Virus record (IMG/VR): IMGVR_UViG_3300034092_003233
Location: 11,050 to 75,049 of that record
Source of the DNA: a virus
Direction: 5' to 3' (one strand)
Length of the DNA stretch: 64,000 nucleotides
How positions within the stretch are numbered: position 1 is the stretch's first letter; the number at the start of each line of letters is the position of its first letter. Positions 18,382 through 28,323 of the stretch are shown one piece after another. The position numbers and the translations under genes were made by a program. The notes below the pieces were generated by a model, which worked only from the letters and a program-made list of their open reading frames with translations, ran no database searches and was not told the DNA's origin.

Positions 18382-18695
18382 TCTGATTTTGATTTTACAT
18401 ATGCTGAAAATAAAACACAATAATTGATTATATCAAGAATCGCGTCATTGTATCCTTCGTTTTCAACAAGTAACTTTCCATCCTTTGCAAACGTGCTAAG
18501 CCTAGAAACTTTATCAACAATTCTTACCAAAAATCCTTGTTCTGTTGAACAAATTCCCATTGCCTCGCACCTTTCAAAATTGGCAAATGGTGTTCCGTTG
18601 CCTGCTCCTGCGTAATCATGATTCTTCATTTTCATGATGTGTAAAGCAGTCTGGCATAAATTATTATGATGTTGAAATAATTCTTCTCGCTTCAT
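18378..18695 (-). CDS. Nucleotide-modification-associated domain 1 (DUF1599-like) protein
   Basis: KNHDYA...PFANF...GFLVRIVDKVSRL...DIINYCVL pattern. Confidence 0.65.
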   Translation of the reverse strand: MKREELFQHHNNLCQTALHIMKMKNHDYAGAGNGTPFANFERCEAMGICSTEQGFLVRIVDKVSRLSTFAKDGKLLVENEGYNDAILDIINYCVLFSAYVKSKSE

Positions 18696-19126
18696 GATGA
18701 AACTCCTGTAGATCCAAACCCACCGACTCTATCGGTTTTTTGTACAGGCGCAGTATAACATTCTTCAATTGCATAGTCAAGGGACTTTATAAGTTCTCCT
18801 TGGGCAATACGATCACCATGACGCACAACAAAGTCAACATTCGATGTATTGTATAGAAGAATCATCAATTCATTTGTATAGTCAGAGTCGATGATCCCTT
18901 CTGCATTTAGAAGAGTTATTCCCTTTTTGTAAGCCAACCCCGAACGTGGATGAATACGCACAGAGTAGCCAACTGGAATGTCTAGAATTATACCAGTTGA
19001 AATTGGCATAGTGTGACGCGCGGGAACAGTAGTATCACCACACGCTGAAATGTCAAAGCAAGCAGATTGTTTTGTGGCAAATTTTGGTAAAATAGAATTT
19101 TCACTAATACGATAAACTTTTAGCAT
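18692..19126 (-). CDS. dut: Trimeric dUTPase
   Basis: SACFD, PRSGLA, GIIDSDY, GDRIAQ, RVGGFGSTG. Confidence 0.95.
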   Translation of the reverse strand: MLKVYRISENSILPKFATKQSACFDISACGDTTVPARHTMPISTGIILDIPVGYSVRIHPRSGLAYKKGITLLNAEGIIDSDYTNELMILLYNTSNVDFVVRHGDRIAQGELIKSLDYAIEECYTAPVQKTDRVGGFGSTGVSS

Positions 19127-19132
19127 ACAGAT

Positions 19133-19160
19133 ATTATACTACAAAAAAGTTAAAAGTCAA
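19133..19160 (-). promoter_or_regulatory. Sigma70-type promoter TTGACT-N16-TATAAT (dut, leaderless)
   Basis: -35 at 19160-19155, -10 at 19138-19133, ATG 6 nt downstream. Confidence 0.7.
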
Positions 19161-19359
19161 CTGGATCTACTTCTTCAAATATTGTCGAAACCAAATAAGG
19201 CATGATTCTTCCACTACTTAAACTTTGTACAATGCATCTTGTATTATCTTGAGCAATTAGTCCAAAGTATATAAATCTTTCATTTTCGGCAAAGTCAAAC
19301 ATTTTTGATTCTTGACATTGTGGATCAGAAAATTTTACAATAGATAAAAATCTTGGCAT
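19150..19359 (-). CDS. Small hypothetical protein
   Basis: 69-aa ORF with AAGGA SD. Confidence 0.55.
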   Translation of the reverse strand: MPRFLSIVKFSDPQCQESKMFDFAENERFIYFGLIAQDNTRCIVQSLSSGRIMPYLVSTIFEEVDPVDF

Positions 19360-19368
19360 TTGTTTCCT

Positions 19369-20256
19369 TTAACTGTAAAGTAATATTTCTCTTGTAAGTG
19401 GTCTTCTTATTCTTGCACCTATGTAATCCATAAGAATTTTTGGAGATACACTCGGATATCCTGCACCATCACCTATTCCATAATTAATCCAAAATGGAAA
19501 CATATAATCAGTATTTCCAGTTGGATAATGAGAATTACTTGACGGGGATGCAGTTCCTGATGTTTTTATTGAATCTGTTTTATTGTTTATAGAATAGCTT
19601 GTTACAAAATTTCCAGAAGAATCTTGTTCTATTCCAAGATACAGTTGATAAATTTTTTGAAATTCTACTAAAACTCCAGTATCGTATGAACTACTCGTTC
19701 CATCTTTAACCCATACAATATTCCATGTGGTGTTTATTGGAGTACTGTCTACAAAGTATGCTAAATCGAGATCAAAAACACCATTCACCCAAAATTCAAA
19801 ATAAACTCCGTCAGAAGGACTTGTTGCGCTATTTGCAAAACCAAATCTAAAGTAACCATACTGAACCGCAGAACCGTATATATTATTTGTTACAAATATT
19901 GCTGTTTCTGCTTCATATTTGGTTTTTAAACCAGAAGAGGGTTGCACTAATCCGGGTATGTGTCTTCCATTTGTTTGAATTAATTGATACGCATTAAAAT
20001 TTGAAGTTCCATCCATACTAAGAATTCCATGCCCATTTGATTGACCGTATTCTGTTGTATTTGCTGCGCTTCTTGTAATTGTGCTATATAAATGATTTAA
20101 ATAAAATGGGCTTCCATCAATTCCTGGACCATTGTTTGAAGAAGCAACACCTTGTACAAAATCTGTAAAATATAACAAATCTAATTGATTGGGATTTTCA
20201 CTTTGAGAAGTATTTAATAATATTGGATCATTTGATGATATTGCTGAATATGCCAT
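19369..20256 (-). CDS. Beta-rich (lectin-like) putative virion/fibre-associated protein, paralog A
   Basis: Shares N- and C-termini and internal blocks with 20258-21121. Confidence 0.55.
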   Translation of the reverse strand: MAYSAISSNDPILLNTSQSENPNQLDLLYFTDFVQGVASSNNGPGIDGSPFYLNHLYSTITRSAANTTEYGQSNGHGILSMDGTSNFNAYQLIQTNGRHIPGLVQPSSGLKTKYEAETAIFVTNNIYGSAVQYGYFRFGFANSATSPSDGVYFEFWVNGVFDLDLAYFVDSTPINTTWNIVWVKDGTSSSYDTGVLVEFQKIYQLYLGIEQDSSGNFVTSYSINNKTDSIKTSGTASPSSNSHYPTGNTDYMFPFWINYGIGDGAGYPSVSPKILMDYIGARIRRPLTREILLYS

Positions 20257-20257
20257 G

Positions 20258-21121
20258 TTAAGAATACAACAGAATTTCTCTGTTTAACTCCCTTCTTATT
20301 CTACATCCCATATAATCCAAAAACAACAATCTTGCAGTCGTAGACGTTGTTGTAATTTTTGAATTTGTCCAAACCATTCCTATATAATCTGCTGTTCCTG
20401 TTGGATAATGAGACGAACTTGATGGTGATGCTGTTCCTTCTACCGAAGAGTTATCAGTAACATTTTTAACTTTATAAGTTGTAGTAATAGTACCCGCAGT
20501 ATTAACTTCTACACAAAGATAAAGTCTATATGTTTTACTGGCTGAAACCGTGAGGGTAGTATCTGCTCTTGACTGTGTTCCATCTTTTCGAAATACTATA
20601 TTCCATGTTGTATCCGTTGTAGTTCCGTCACAAAGAAATTCAAAATAAACTCCATCAGCAGAGACACTATTGGTTAAGCCACTTTGTAGTCCAAAACGAT
20701 AAAATCCTCTGTTTGTTGTTGGTGAGTTTCCGTGTATTGTAGAATCAGTTCTTACCAAAGTTTCTACTTCATACTTTGATATTTTTCCAGAGCCGGGAGT
20801 AGATAGACCAGGAATAATAAATGGGCTCGTATAAACTGTGGTGTATCCTGTTGAATTGCTAGTTGTTCCTGTAGATATTGATATAACTCCAGAACAAGCG
20901 GTTATTCCAAAAGCCTCTATGTGAGATTGAGTGTTATTTGTTATTGCTCCGCCGTTTGCTGTTGTGGCATATATAACTCCACCTTGAGCAGGAATCGTGC
21001 CTGAAGTTGCAATTCCTTGACTAAAATCTGTAAAAATAATTGTATCTAGTTGCGAAGGATTTTCTGACTGTGCAACACCGGGAAGAACGTAATCATTTGG
21101 GCTATATGAACTGTAAGCCAT
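20258..21121 (-). CDS. Beta-rich (lectin-like) putative virion/fibre-associated protein, paralog B
   Basis: S/T/G-rich; tandem paralog of 19369-20256. Confidence 0.55.
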   Translation of the reverse strand: MAYSSYSPNDYVLPGVAQSENPSQLDTIIFTDFSQGIATSGTIPAQGGVIYATTANGGAITNNTQSHIEAFGITACSGVISISTGTTSNSTGYTTVYTSPFIIPGLSTPGSGKISKYEVETLVRTDSTIHGNSPTTNRGFYRFGLQSGLTNSVSADGVYFEFLCDGTTTDTTWNIVFRKDGTQSRADTTLTVSASKTYRLYLCVEVNTAGTITTTYKVKNVTDNSSVEGTASPSSSSHYPTGTADYIGMVWTNSKITTTSTTARLLFLDYMGCRIRRELNREILLYS

Positions 21122-21131
21122 AGTTTCTCCG

Positions 21132-22547
21132 TTATACTATAAACCAATTAGAGTTATCGCTTAACAAATCAATTGCTTGATATTGTTTTGACAAAGCATA
21201 ACCAGTAATACCATCTATTGTTTGTGAAGATGTGGTTAGTACTGTTAATATTCCAATATTAGAATTTTTAACTGTATATCTATTTGTGTTGCTAACTGCT
21301 GTTGGAAGAGTTAAATTAATGTTTCCTGATGTGTTTCCATTATACACATAATCTATATTTGCAGTAGAACCTGCTGTGGTAGATGATGTTATTATGTTTA
21401 TTGAACGAGAAAATCCTGCTGGAACTGCTGCCCACGTTATTCCGATTCCGGTAGATGTCAAAACTTGATTGTTGGACCCCTGAGAACCATTTATAAGCAG
21501 CGTGTTGCGAATATTTAAAGGACCAGATAGTGTCACCCCACCAGAAGCACTTATTCCCGAAAGAGCGTAAATATAATTAGCAGACAGATCAGAAAATCCA
21601 TTAAGGCTATTGGAGTTTCCGTACAAAGTGGAATCCGTTGCCGAATACGAAATATAATTTCCAGAATCAATTCCATTTGGATCACCTATGTCTATTGTTC
21701 CAAATGGATTTGACAACTGAAGTTGGCTGGTGGGATCTCTTAAATAGATGTAAGTACTATTGTTGTTGTAACTATAATCACCAATTGAAACTCTGGCATT
21801 GGATGTGTCTTCAAGATACAATTGCGAGTCAGACACAATAGTCATAACATTCAGAATGTTTGGAGAGTTTATAGTAACATTAGAGTTAAATGTGATACCA
21901 CCAGAAGCACTAATTCCCGCAGTGAATCTTGTGAGTGCGCTGAAGGTTCCTCCTGCTGAACTGATACCATTTGTAAAACTTTGAAGAGGACCAAAGGTAT
22001 TTGCAGTTCCTGTAGTAACCCCCGTAACAGCACCCGTAAGTCCATTAAAAGAACTTACAACATTTTTAGTAAGTGCAATTGTGCCCGTGTCATTTGGAAA
22101 TGTTACGGTATTGTCGTTTGTATCAAATTTTAATGTAGTAGATGCATTTAAATCGTTATAAAATATTTCGTTATTTTCAGGATCAACAAATAATTCATAG
22201 TCACCGCCATCAATCTGAATGGATTGCGCTACCAAAAAACCATTATCTGAATCAATTTTTGCAACATTCCCAATTGCACCAGTAAAACCATTAACACTCA
22301 GTACGCCAGTATTCGAAACAGTCAGAGTATTTCCAGAGACAGATAGACCGATTCCAGAGCCATTGGTGATACCGACAGCACCAGTAATACCTCTTACAGA
22401 AGAAACACCACCCGATGGGCTAGTTAATAATTCACTACCACCAGTTACTCCGATGTATAATTTTTTATTTGTAGCATCAAACGCAAGTTCAGCATAAGTT
22501 AAACCAGTCGGAACACCAGAGCCTCGTTTGATTTTTATAATAGCCAT
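21132..22547 (-). CDS. Tail/head fibre-like protein
   Basis: MAIIKIKRG...ELAFD...KLYIG N-terminus, SVNGxTG repeats, C-terminal TLPTA...TIDG...DNSNWFIV. Confidence 0.7.
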   Translation of the reverse strand: MAIIKIKRGSGVPTGLTYAELAFDATNKKLYIGVTGGSELLTSPSGGVSSVRGITGAVGITNGSGIGLSVSGNTLTVSNTGVLSVNGFTGAIGNVAKIDSDNGFLVAQSIQIDGGDYELFVDPENNEIFYNDLNASTTLKFDTNDNTVTFPNDTGTIALTKNVVSSFNGLTGAVTGVTTGTANTFGPLQSFTNGISSAGGTFSALTRFTAGISASGGITFNSNVTINSPNILNVMTIVSDSQLYLEDTSNARVSIGDYSYNNNSTYIYLRDPTSQLQLSNPFGTIDIGDPNGIDSGNYISYSATDSTLYGNSNSLNGFSDLSANYIYALSGISASGGVTLSGPLNIRNTLLINGSQGSNNQVLTSTGIGITWAAVPAGFSRSINIITSSTTAGSTANIDYVYNGNTSGNINLTLPTAVSNTNRYTVKNSNIGILTVLTTSSQTIDGITGYALSKQYQAIDLLSDNSNWFIV

Positions 22548-22577
22548 TCACTCTTCCATTTCAAAAGTAATACACTG

Positions 22578-22585
22578 TATTTATT
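22578..22585 (-). promoter_or_regulatory. Late promoter (AATAAATA)
   Basis: Upstream of the fibre gene starting at 22547. Confidence 0.5.
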
Positions 22586-22805
22586 AGTAACTTTCTCCGT
22601 CTAAAGATGGTTCATCTTTCTTTTTTCGCTTACTCAAATTTTCATTTTTAATTCGCAATTCAGATATTTGTTGTTCTAAATTTTGAACTTTTACTGAAAG
22701 TATATTGACATTCCCCTCTAATATAAGATTAGAGAACAACAATTCTTGACACTTTTTTTGAAGAAACGGTATAATCACCTCTTCATTATAATTCACTTCT
22801 TTCAT
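22584..22805 (-). CDS. Small coiled-coil protein (possible fibre chaperone)
   Basis: Heptad pattern; ends in DGESY like the DGGxY ends of its neighbours. Confidence 0.55.
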   Translation of the reverse strand: MKEVNYNEEVIIPFLQKKCQELLFSNLILEGNVNILSVKVQNLEQQISELRIKNENLSKRKKKDEPSLDGESY

Positions 22806-22827
22806 TACAAATCTCCTATTTTAAATT

Positions 22828-24480
22828 TTAATAACCACCACCGTCAATGTTCACTTCAAGGTAATTAGTGGCAGCATTATAAGCCAAGTTTGAATTATAT
22901 TTCAATGCTTGATTTGTATTTGATGCTGCGTTTACGAAAGATAGGAAGCAAGTTGTATCCGAAGTATCGCTTACCATTGTGACTGTTTGTGCAGTTCCTG
23001 CTGTGATTCCTGTAGGCGCAGCCCAAGTAGGTGCAGAACCAGAAGACAACAATATTGTTCCTGCGGAACCAATCGAAAGGAATGTGGTTGTTGTTGCTGC
23101 TGTGTTATATGGCAACGATCCGGCAAGACCTCCACCTATGTGCGTGGCAGCATATGCAGTGAATCCTGCGGCATTTGGGTTTATCCATGTTGGTTGCGCA
23201 GCTGCTCCATTTGATTTTATTATGAAATTAGTAGTACCTAAATCAGATGGAGCAACAACAGTACCATCAGCAACGCTTGGAAAAGTAAAAGTTCTGCTTG
23301 CAGCTGCACTTGCATCATATTGTAAAGTTGCGGCGACAGCAGCAACATTATTAAATAACCGAACTGTTCCAAATTGCGCCGCACCGGGAGCGCCACTAAC
23401 TATTTCAGATGCAATAGTTGCATCTCCAATAAAGGTAAAGTAACCAGTGCTATCGTCATATCCAAAGAATCCAGTTTTACCACCACTGCTATTATACTTA
23501 AATGCGATACCACGATCTTTATTATCGTCTACTGGAGGAGATCCGATACCACCAGTCCAACCAAGAGTAATGATTGGATCTGCGATTTCAGTAACGGTGC
23601 TATTAACATAAGTTGTGGTTCCGTTTACTGTAAGATTTCCAGTAACGGAAAGCGAACCAGGCATGGTGACAGAATTTGGGAACCCAACAGAGACTGATCC
23701 AGTTGTACCAGTTACAACTATTTGATTTGCAGTTCCAGTAATCCCAGTAACAATATTGGGAGCCGATATATTTCCACTAAAAGTTGCACCAGAAGCAATA
23801 ATGCCTGCATTGAAGGTAGTAAGAGCATTAAATGTCTTTGTCCCTCCGAATGTTTGAGTTCCAGAAAGACCTGCAAGGGTTGTTGTAAAATCTGGCAGAG
23901 TTGCAACTCTAGCGGGGTCGGGGAAAGATACAGGTGAGGGATTAAAATTAAGTACTGCTGAAAGTAATCCATTTCTCCATGAAATTGTATTTGCCAAAGG
24001 ATCAATCGTAACGCCCGCGCTATTTAAAGTGTCAACAATGTCGAATACTGCTCCAAACGCAGAAATTGTTTGTGGAGCATTAAAATTATTATTTACGTCA
24101 GTTTTAGCAACATTGGTAATAGCACCAGTGCTTCCATTTACACTATGCACTCCAGCATTTGAAACGGTAATGCCTTTTCCTGCTGCGGCAACATTAATAA
24201 AAGAGCCGGCACCAACAAAGACAGAACCAGTTAAACCATTTACAGCAGTTACAGCACCACCGGCAATATTATTATCAATATATGTTTTAACAGCATATTG
24301 AGTTGGTATTTTAACTTGGCTTGTACCAAGTGCAGTATTGTTATCTACCTCACCACCAACCCAAATTGCACTTCCAGTAACACCAATAAAGAATTTATTG
24401 TTTGCTAAATCAAATGCTGGTTCAGCAAGAGTTAATCCGCTTGGTGTTCCAGAACCCTTCTTGAATTTAATTATTGCCAT
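22828..24480 (-). CDS. Tail/head fibre-like protein
   Basis: MAIIKFKKG N-terminus, GNLTVNGTTTYVNS, DNKDRGIAFKY...GFFGYDDS, C-terminal IDGGGY. Confidence 0.75.
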   Translation of the reverse strand: MAIIKFKKGSGTPSGLTLAEPAFDLANNKFFIGVTGSAIWVGGEVDNNTALGTSQVKIPTQYAVKTYIDNNIAGGAVTAVNGLTGSVFVGAGSFINVAAAGKGITVSNAGVHSVNGSTGAITNVAKTDVNNNFNAPQTISAFGAVFDIVDTLNSAGVTIDPLANTISWRNGLLSAVLNFNPSPVSFPDPARVATLPDFTTTLAGLSGTQTFGGTKTFNALTTFNAGIIASGATFSGNISAPNIVTGITGTANQIVVTGTTGSVSVGFPNSVTMPGSLSVTGNLTVNGTTTYVNSTVTEIADPIITLGWTGGIGSPPVDDNKDRGIAFKYNSSGGKTGFFGYDDSTGYFTFIGDATIASEIVSGAPGAAQFGTVRLFNNVAAVAATLQYDASAAASRTFTFPSVADGTVVAPSDLGTTNFIIKSNGAAAQPTWINPNAAGFTAYAATHIGGGLAGSLPYNTAATTTTFLSIGSAGTILLSSGSAPTWAAPTGITAGTAQTVTMVSDTSDTTCFLSFVNAASNTNQALKYNSNLAYNAATNYLEVNIDGGGY

Positions 24481-24494
24481 TGTTTTTTCCCGTG

Positions 24495-25001
24495 TTAGTA
24501 GTTTCCGCCATCAAGGCTGACATCTAATAATCCTTCTAATTCATCATCTCCAGTAAAACCTTGGAATGCAGTTTTAGTTATTATTAAACCATCAGCAAGA
24601 ACATAACCACCTATATTTATATTTCCTAGAATATTCAAGTTTCCTGTAATAGTAACATCATCTGGAAGACCAATTGTTCTTTCTGAACCAGAACCTGTCA
24701 CCTGAATTTCCGCAGATGTGCCGTAAATTTCAGTTATTCCAGTAGAACCACTACCACTTATGAATTCTGTCCAAAATGCATCACCCGTACCACCAATTAA
24801 TGAGTAGTATTTGTTTTCATCCTCAACATAAACCAACATACCAATTTGTCTTCGCTGTTGTAATATTGCATCTCTTGCTGTTGTATTTGCAACTGTTCGA
24901 AGACCACCCAATCCATATTTTGGATCTTGTACAAATGTAGGATCATTTTCGGCGTTTGGACCGATTGGAAGACCGACTGAAATGTATCCTGTGATTGGCA
25001 T
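24495..25001 (-). CDS. Fibre-associated structural protein
   Basis: GGLRTVA...RRQIGMLVYV module; ends LDGGNY. Confidence 0.6.
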   Translation of the reverse strand: MPITGYISVGLPIGPNAENDPTFVQDPKYGLGGLRTVANTTARDAILQQRRQIGMLVYVEDENKYYSLIGGTGDAFWTEFISGSGSTGITEIYGTSAEIQVTGSGSERTIGLPDDVTITGNLNILGNINIGGYVLADGLIITKTAFQGFTGDDELEGLLDVSLDGGNY

Positions 25002-25002
25002 A

Positions 25003-26652
25003 TTAAGAGGCTGTTACCGAATAAGTACTTGTTGTTGGATTGCTAACTTGATACCAAGTCCACGATATTGTTACTCCATGACTATTTAACTCAGAAAATG
25101 TTCCTGTAACTGGAGAAAGCGATAGATTGTTTGGATCTTTCCATGAACTATAAGAACCGGGAGAACCCGGAGAAGTTGGAACGACAACATAACAATATTC
25201 TGGGCTTCCAGATGCTATAAATGAATATGTAAATGTACCAAGAGATGTAGTAGAACTTGTAAATCTACTTGATGAACCTGTTGTTAAATTTGAAATAGAT
25301 GTCAACGAAGCAGAAGAACTTTTTCCATAATATATTCTATGCAACCAACTATATGACTGTGTTCTAGAAACTAAGTTATTAGAAACTTGTTGACCAGTTA
25401 TTCCAAATTGTATTGTGGTGGGAACTGTATATCTGTAATCAGGATGCGTCACACCAGCCGGAGAACTGTTATAATTTAAACTACCACGAAGTAAGGTAGC
25501 AGTCGTATTATTTGATATTTGAACTGATCCTGCGATCCAATTTGCTCCGGGACCACTAGTGCTCCATGTTGCATTGTACGAACCAGCAGCAGAAGTTAAA
25601 CCAAGATCAAATGTGCTTGCACTCAGATTTATATTAAACGCGGTGAAAGATACAGGTTGATATGGATATATCAATTGCTCTAATACATCTATTGCACTAG
25701 AACCAACTGCAAATGTTATACCGTTTGCTATTCCGTTTGAATAACCCGGATCTGTGTTTGTCCAAGATGGTAAAACTACTTCTCCTGTTAGACCATCAAC
25801 TGATATTACATAATCGCCAACTGGTCCAGTATCACCTTTTTCTCCAGTTGGACCTGTGGGACCTGTGGGACCAGTTGGACCTGTGGGACCAAGCTGAGTA
25901 TACATAACCTGATTTGCTGAAAGAATTACAGAAGGAATTGCCGGTCTAGTTGGGCTTGTTCCTGCTGGATCTGCGATAAATTCTAAACGGGTATCAGATG
26001 TTCTCCACATCAATTCAACATAATCATTCGCATTAAGATTCAACATATAGTTCCACGCAGCAACTGTTTTGGCTGCGGCTGCGCCGCCGGAAACAGTTAC
26101 GATAGTGTTGCTATCTGGAATATCTGATCCATTCTTGCGGAACCATATATCAATAGTGTCTGTACCGGATCCAGAAACTCTGTCCGCCTGTGCTGAAAAC
26201 TGAATGTTATATACACCGGAATTACTGAATGTAATTCTTGAATTGGAAACAATACTTACACCATTAGAATTTGGATCTGTATTATTGTAAGTAATTGCAT
26301 AAGCAAGTGTTGTACTTGCTGCTGCTTGGTCTTGAGTTGACCAGAAACTACCCCAATATCCTAAAGCTCCACCTGCTCCAGTGGCTCCAGTGGCTCCCGT
26401 AGCACCAGTAGCTCCACCACCACCACCACCAGTTGATGCAATTGTAATTATATTACCCGATGGAGTTAGGGTAATATTTGATCCAGCCGCTAAAGTAACA
26501 CCACCACTTAAACCATTTAGTTGACTTACATAACTTCCAGATATACCAGCGGATGATATATTGTCCCATGCATAACCGTTCCATTGCCATGAACGACCAC
26601 CAAATGTGTAAATTTGATTAAGTGCTGGTGATGTAGGAAAATCTAGTGCCAT
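25003..26652 (-). CDS. Fibre/decoration protein with short collagen segments
   Basis: MALDFPTSP...W.W.G.AW N-module, GAT and GPT triplets, BclA/C1q-like beta segment (GVYNIQFSAQ). Confidence 0.65.
   Translation of the reverse strand: MALDFPTSPALNQIYTFGGRSWQWNGYAWDNISSAGISGSYVSQLNGLSGGVTLAAGSNITLTPSGNIITIASTGGGGGGATGATGATGATGAGGALGYWGSFWSTQDQAAASTTLAYAITYNNTDPNSNGVSIVSNSRITFSNSGVYNIQFSAQADRVSGSGTDTIDIWFRKNGSDIPDSNTIVTVSGGAAAAKTVAAWNYMLNLNANDYVELMWRTSDTRLEFIADPAGTSPTRPAIPSVILSANQVMYTQLGPTGPTGPTGPTGPTGEKGDTGPVGDYVISVDGLTGEVVLPSWTNTDPGYSNGIANGITFAVGSSAIDVLEQLIYPYQPVSFTAFNINLSASTFDLGLTSAAGSYNATWSTSGPGANWIAGSVQISNNTTATLLRGSLNYNSSPAGVTHPDYRYTVPTTIQFGITGQQVSNNLVSRTQSYSWLHRIYYGKSSSASLTSISNLTTGSSSRFTSSTTSLGTFTYSFIASGSPEYCYVVVPTSPGSPGSYSSWKDPNNLSLSPVTGTFSELNSHGVTISWTWYQVSNPTTSTYSVTAS
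25846..25891. repeat. 9-bp tandem repeat encoding (GPT)n
   Basis: ggacctgtg/ggaccagtt units in tandem. Confidence 0.8.
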
Positions 26653-26674
26653 GTGTTAACATTTATGTTAGATT

Positions 26675-26977
26675 TTAAACGTCTGTAGATCCAACAAACT
26701 CACCATTCGGAATAGACTTCGTAAAGGTATATGCAGATTTTACCTCATTCATTCCCGCAGCATCAATGACAGAAGGTGCAAACCACACATCAAAATCAAA
26801 CACATTGATGGTTCTTTCATCAAGAGGAATTTTATTGTCTAATCTGGCTTGTTCGGAAACATATCCATCCAAAATAATCGTACCTGTCTTGGCTGTATGA
26901 TTTAGATTCAAAGTACGAATCTTCCAATATTGCGAATAGGTTCCTGTAGGATGTTGAATAATTTGTTGTAGTGCCAT
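26675..26977 (-). CDS. Small hypothetical (fibre-assembly-associated) protein
   Basis: 100-aa ORF coupled to its neighbour. Confidence 0.55.
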   Translation of the reverse strand: MALQQIIQHPTGTYSQYWKIRTLNLNHTAKTGTIILDGYVSEQARLDNKIPLDERTINVFDFDVWFAPSVIDAAGMNEVKSAYTFTKSIPNGEFVGSTDV

Positions 26978-27297
26978 TATGTTGACTCCAATACTGATAC
27001 GATGATATCAAGTCCCGCAGTTAATCCTGCTGTAACTTTGAGTGTGTCTCCTGTTACGAGTGGAATTGGTGCATCAAGTGCTTGGTATGTTGCTTGAATT
27101 GGAACTGCTGCTGCACGAACAATGTAGTACCCTGTTGCTCCCTTGAACAACTGAACAGATACACTATTGGCTACTGTGGTGTTGCTGTTGGCAACATGAA
27201 TAGCATTCACTATTGCGGTTCCCGTGATTCCCGCATAGATTGTGGTGGCTGCTGTGACACCGACTGAAGTTGCGTAATTTGTGTATATGTCTGGCAT
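26977..27297 (-). CDS. Small beta-rich structural protein
   Basis: 106 aa; late promoter and AGGAG SD upstream. Confidence 0.6.
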   Translation of the reverse strand: MPDIYTNYATSVGVTAATTIYAGITGTAIVNAIHVANSNTTVANSVSVQLFKGATGYYIVRAAAVPIQATYQALDAPIPLVTGDTLKVTAGLTAGLDIIVSVLEST

Positions 27298-27315
27298 CTA
27301 TTGGTTCTCCTATGG

Positions 27316-27323
27316 TATTTATG
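27316..27323 (-). promoter_or_regulatory. Late promoter (CATAAATA)
   Basis: Followed by AGGAG SD and ATG at 27297. Confidence 0.55.
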
Positions 27324-28323
27324 TGTACGGTGCTGCGTTTTTGTATGGGTGGTCTGCGGGAAGATTTGCGATGAGTCCCCATTTATGGGCAAGGTAGCCT
27401 TCGATGATATTTCTATTTGTGGTAGTCAATGCACTCTTGTAGAAAACAATTTCAGCAATGTCGATGCCCTGCGCTTGTTGTGATGAGTTATTGAACCACC
27501 CACCGATGCCAACAACATTGCTAGTAGTTGCTGTTGACACAACAGTATTGGATGATTTATTCGTAAAGTCGCCGTTGTTCCACACATTATGAGTGGTTCC
27601 GTCCCGTTGATTGGCAATGATGTTCCATTGTGTGTCTGTTGCCGTAACGAACACACCATACGGTGGAGAGGATTCACGCACACCGCCACCAAAACTGTTT
27701 GCGGTGGTGTCGTTTCTACCAAACCAAAAACCATTTATGTAATCCTGATCTACTAGGCGTTCGAATGCATTATTTGTTCCGCTAGTATCCTTAAATACCA
27801 CATAGAAGGTGAAGTCCGTGAATGAGTATGACGATGTGGTTCTACAAGGATTGTTTGCAAACCTGTAGATGGGTAGGGAGTTGAGGGCGTTGGTCACATA
27901 GGTTGGACCAGTTCCAAATGCCGTGGCATTTGAACCACTCACCGTCAGATTCGTCATCGTAGATACCGACTGACCATTTGAATAGCCTATTTCATTATCT
28001 GCCGCATACCAAAGAAGAAGATTAGCGACATCTACATCTGACGGTGTTTTTATTGAACTCAAAACCCTCTCCATGTAATGCTTCAGAATAGGAATGGTTC
28101 CTGCTGCTGTACGGCGTTGATCGGTGGTTCCGTTGTAACCAGAGTTTAATCCAAATCCCCGTTTAGGAATTAGAAGATTCTGCTTTGCCCATATGTTGCT
28201 GCGTTGTATTCCACCAGTTTCCTGCCGCACACCCACCCAAGCAGAACCATCCCATGCCCACACCTTTCCTTCGTAGGTGTATTCTTGGTTTACTGACGGA
28301 GATGTTGGAAATTGTATGGGCAT
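27319..28323 (-). CDS. LamG/ConA-like lectin-domain protein
   Basis: LWYAAD...IAEIVFY...IEGYLAHKWGL...LPADHPYKNAAP; start taken at MPIQFPTSP. Confidence 0.7.
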   Translation of the reverse strand: MPIQFPTSPSVNQEYTYEGKVWAWDGSAWVGVRQETGGIQRSNIWAKQNLLIPKRGFGLNSGYNGTTDQRRTAAGTIPILKHYMERVLSSIKTPSDVDVANLLLWYAADNEIGYSNGQSVSTMTNLTVSGSNATAFGTGPTYVTNALNSLPIYRFANNPCRTTSSYSFTDFTFYVVFKDTSGTNNAFERLVDQDYINGFWFGRNDTTANSFGGGVRESSPPYGVFVTATDTQWNIIANQRDGTTHNVWNNGDFTNKSSNTVVSTATTSNVVGIGGWFNNSSQQAQGIDIAEIVFYKSALTTTNRNIIEGYLAHKWGLIANLPADHPYKNAAPYT

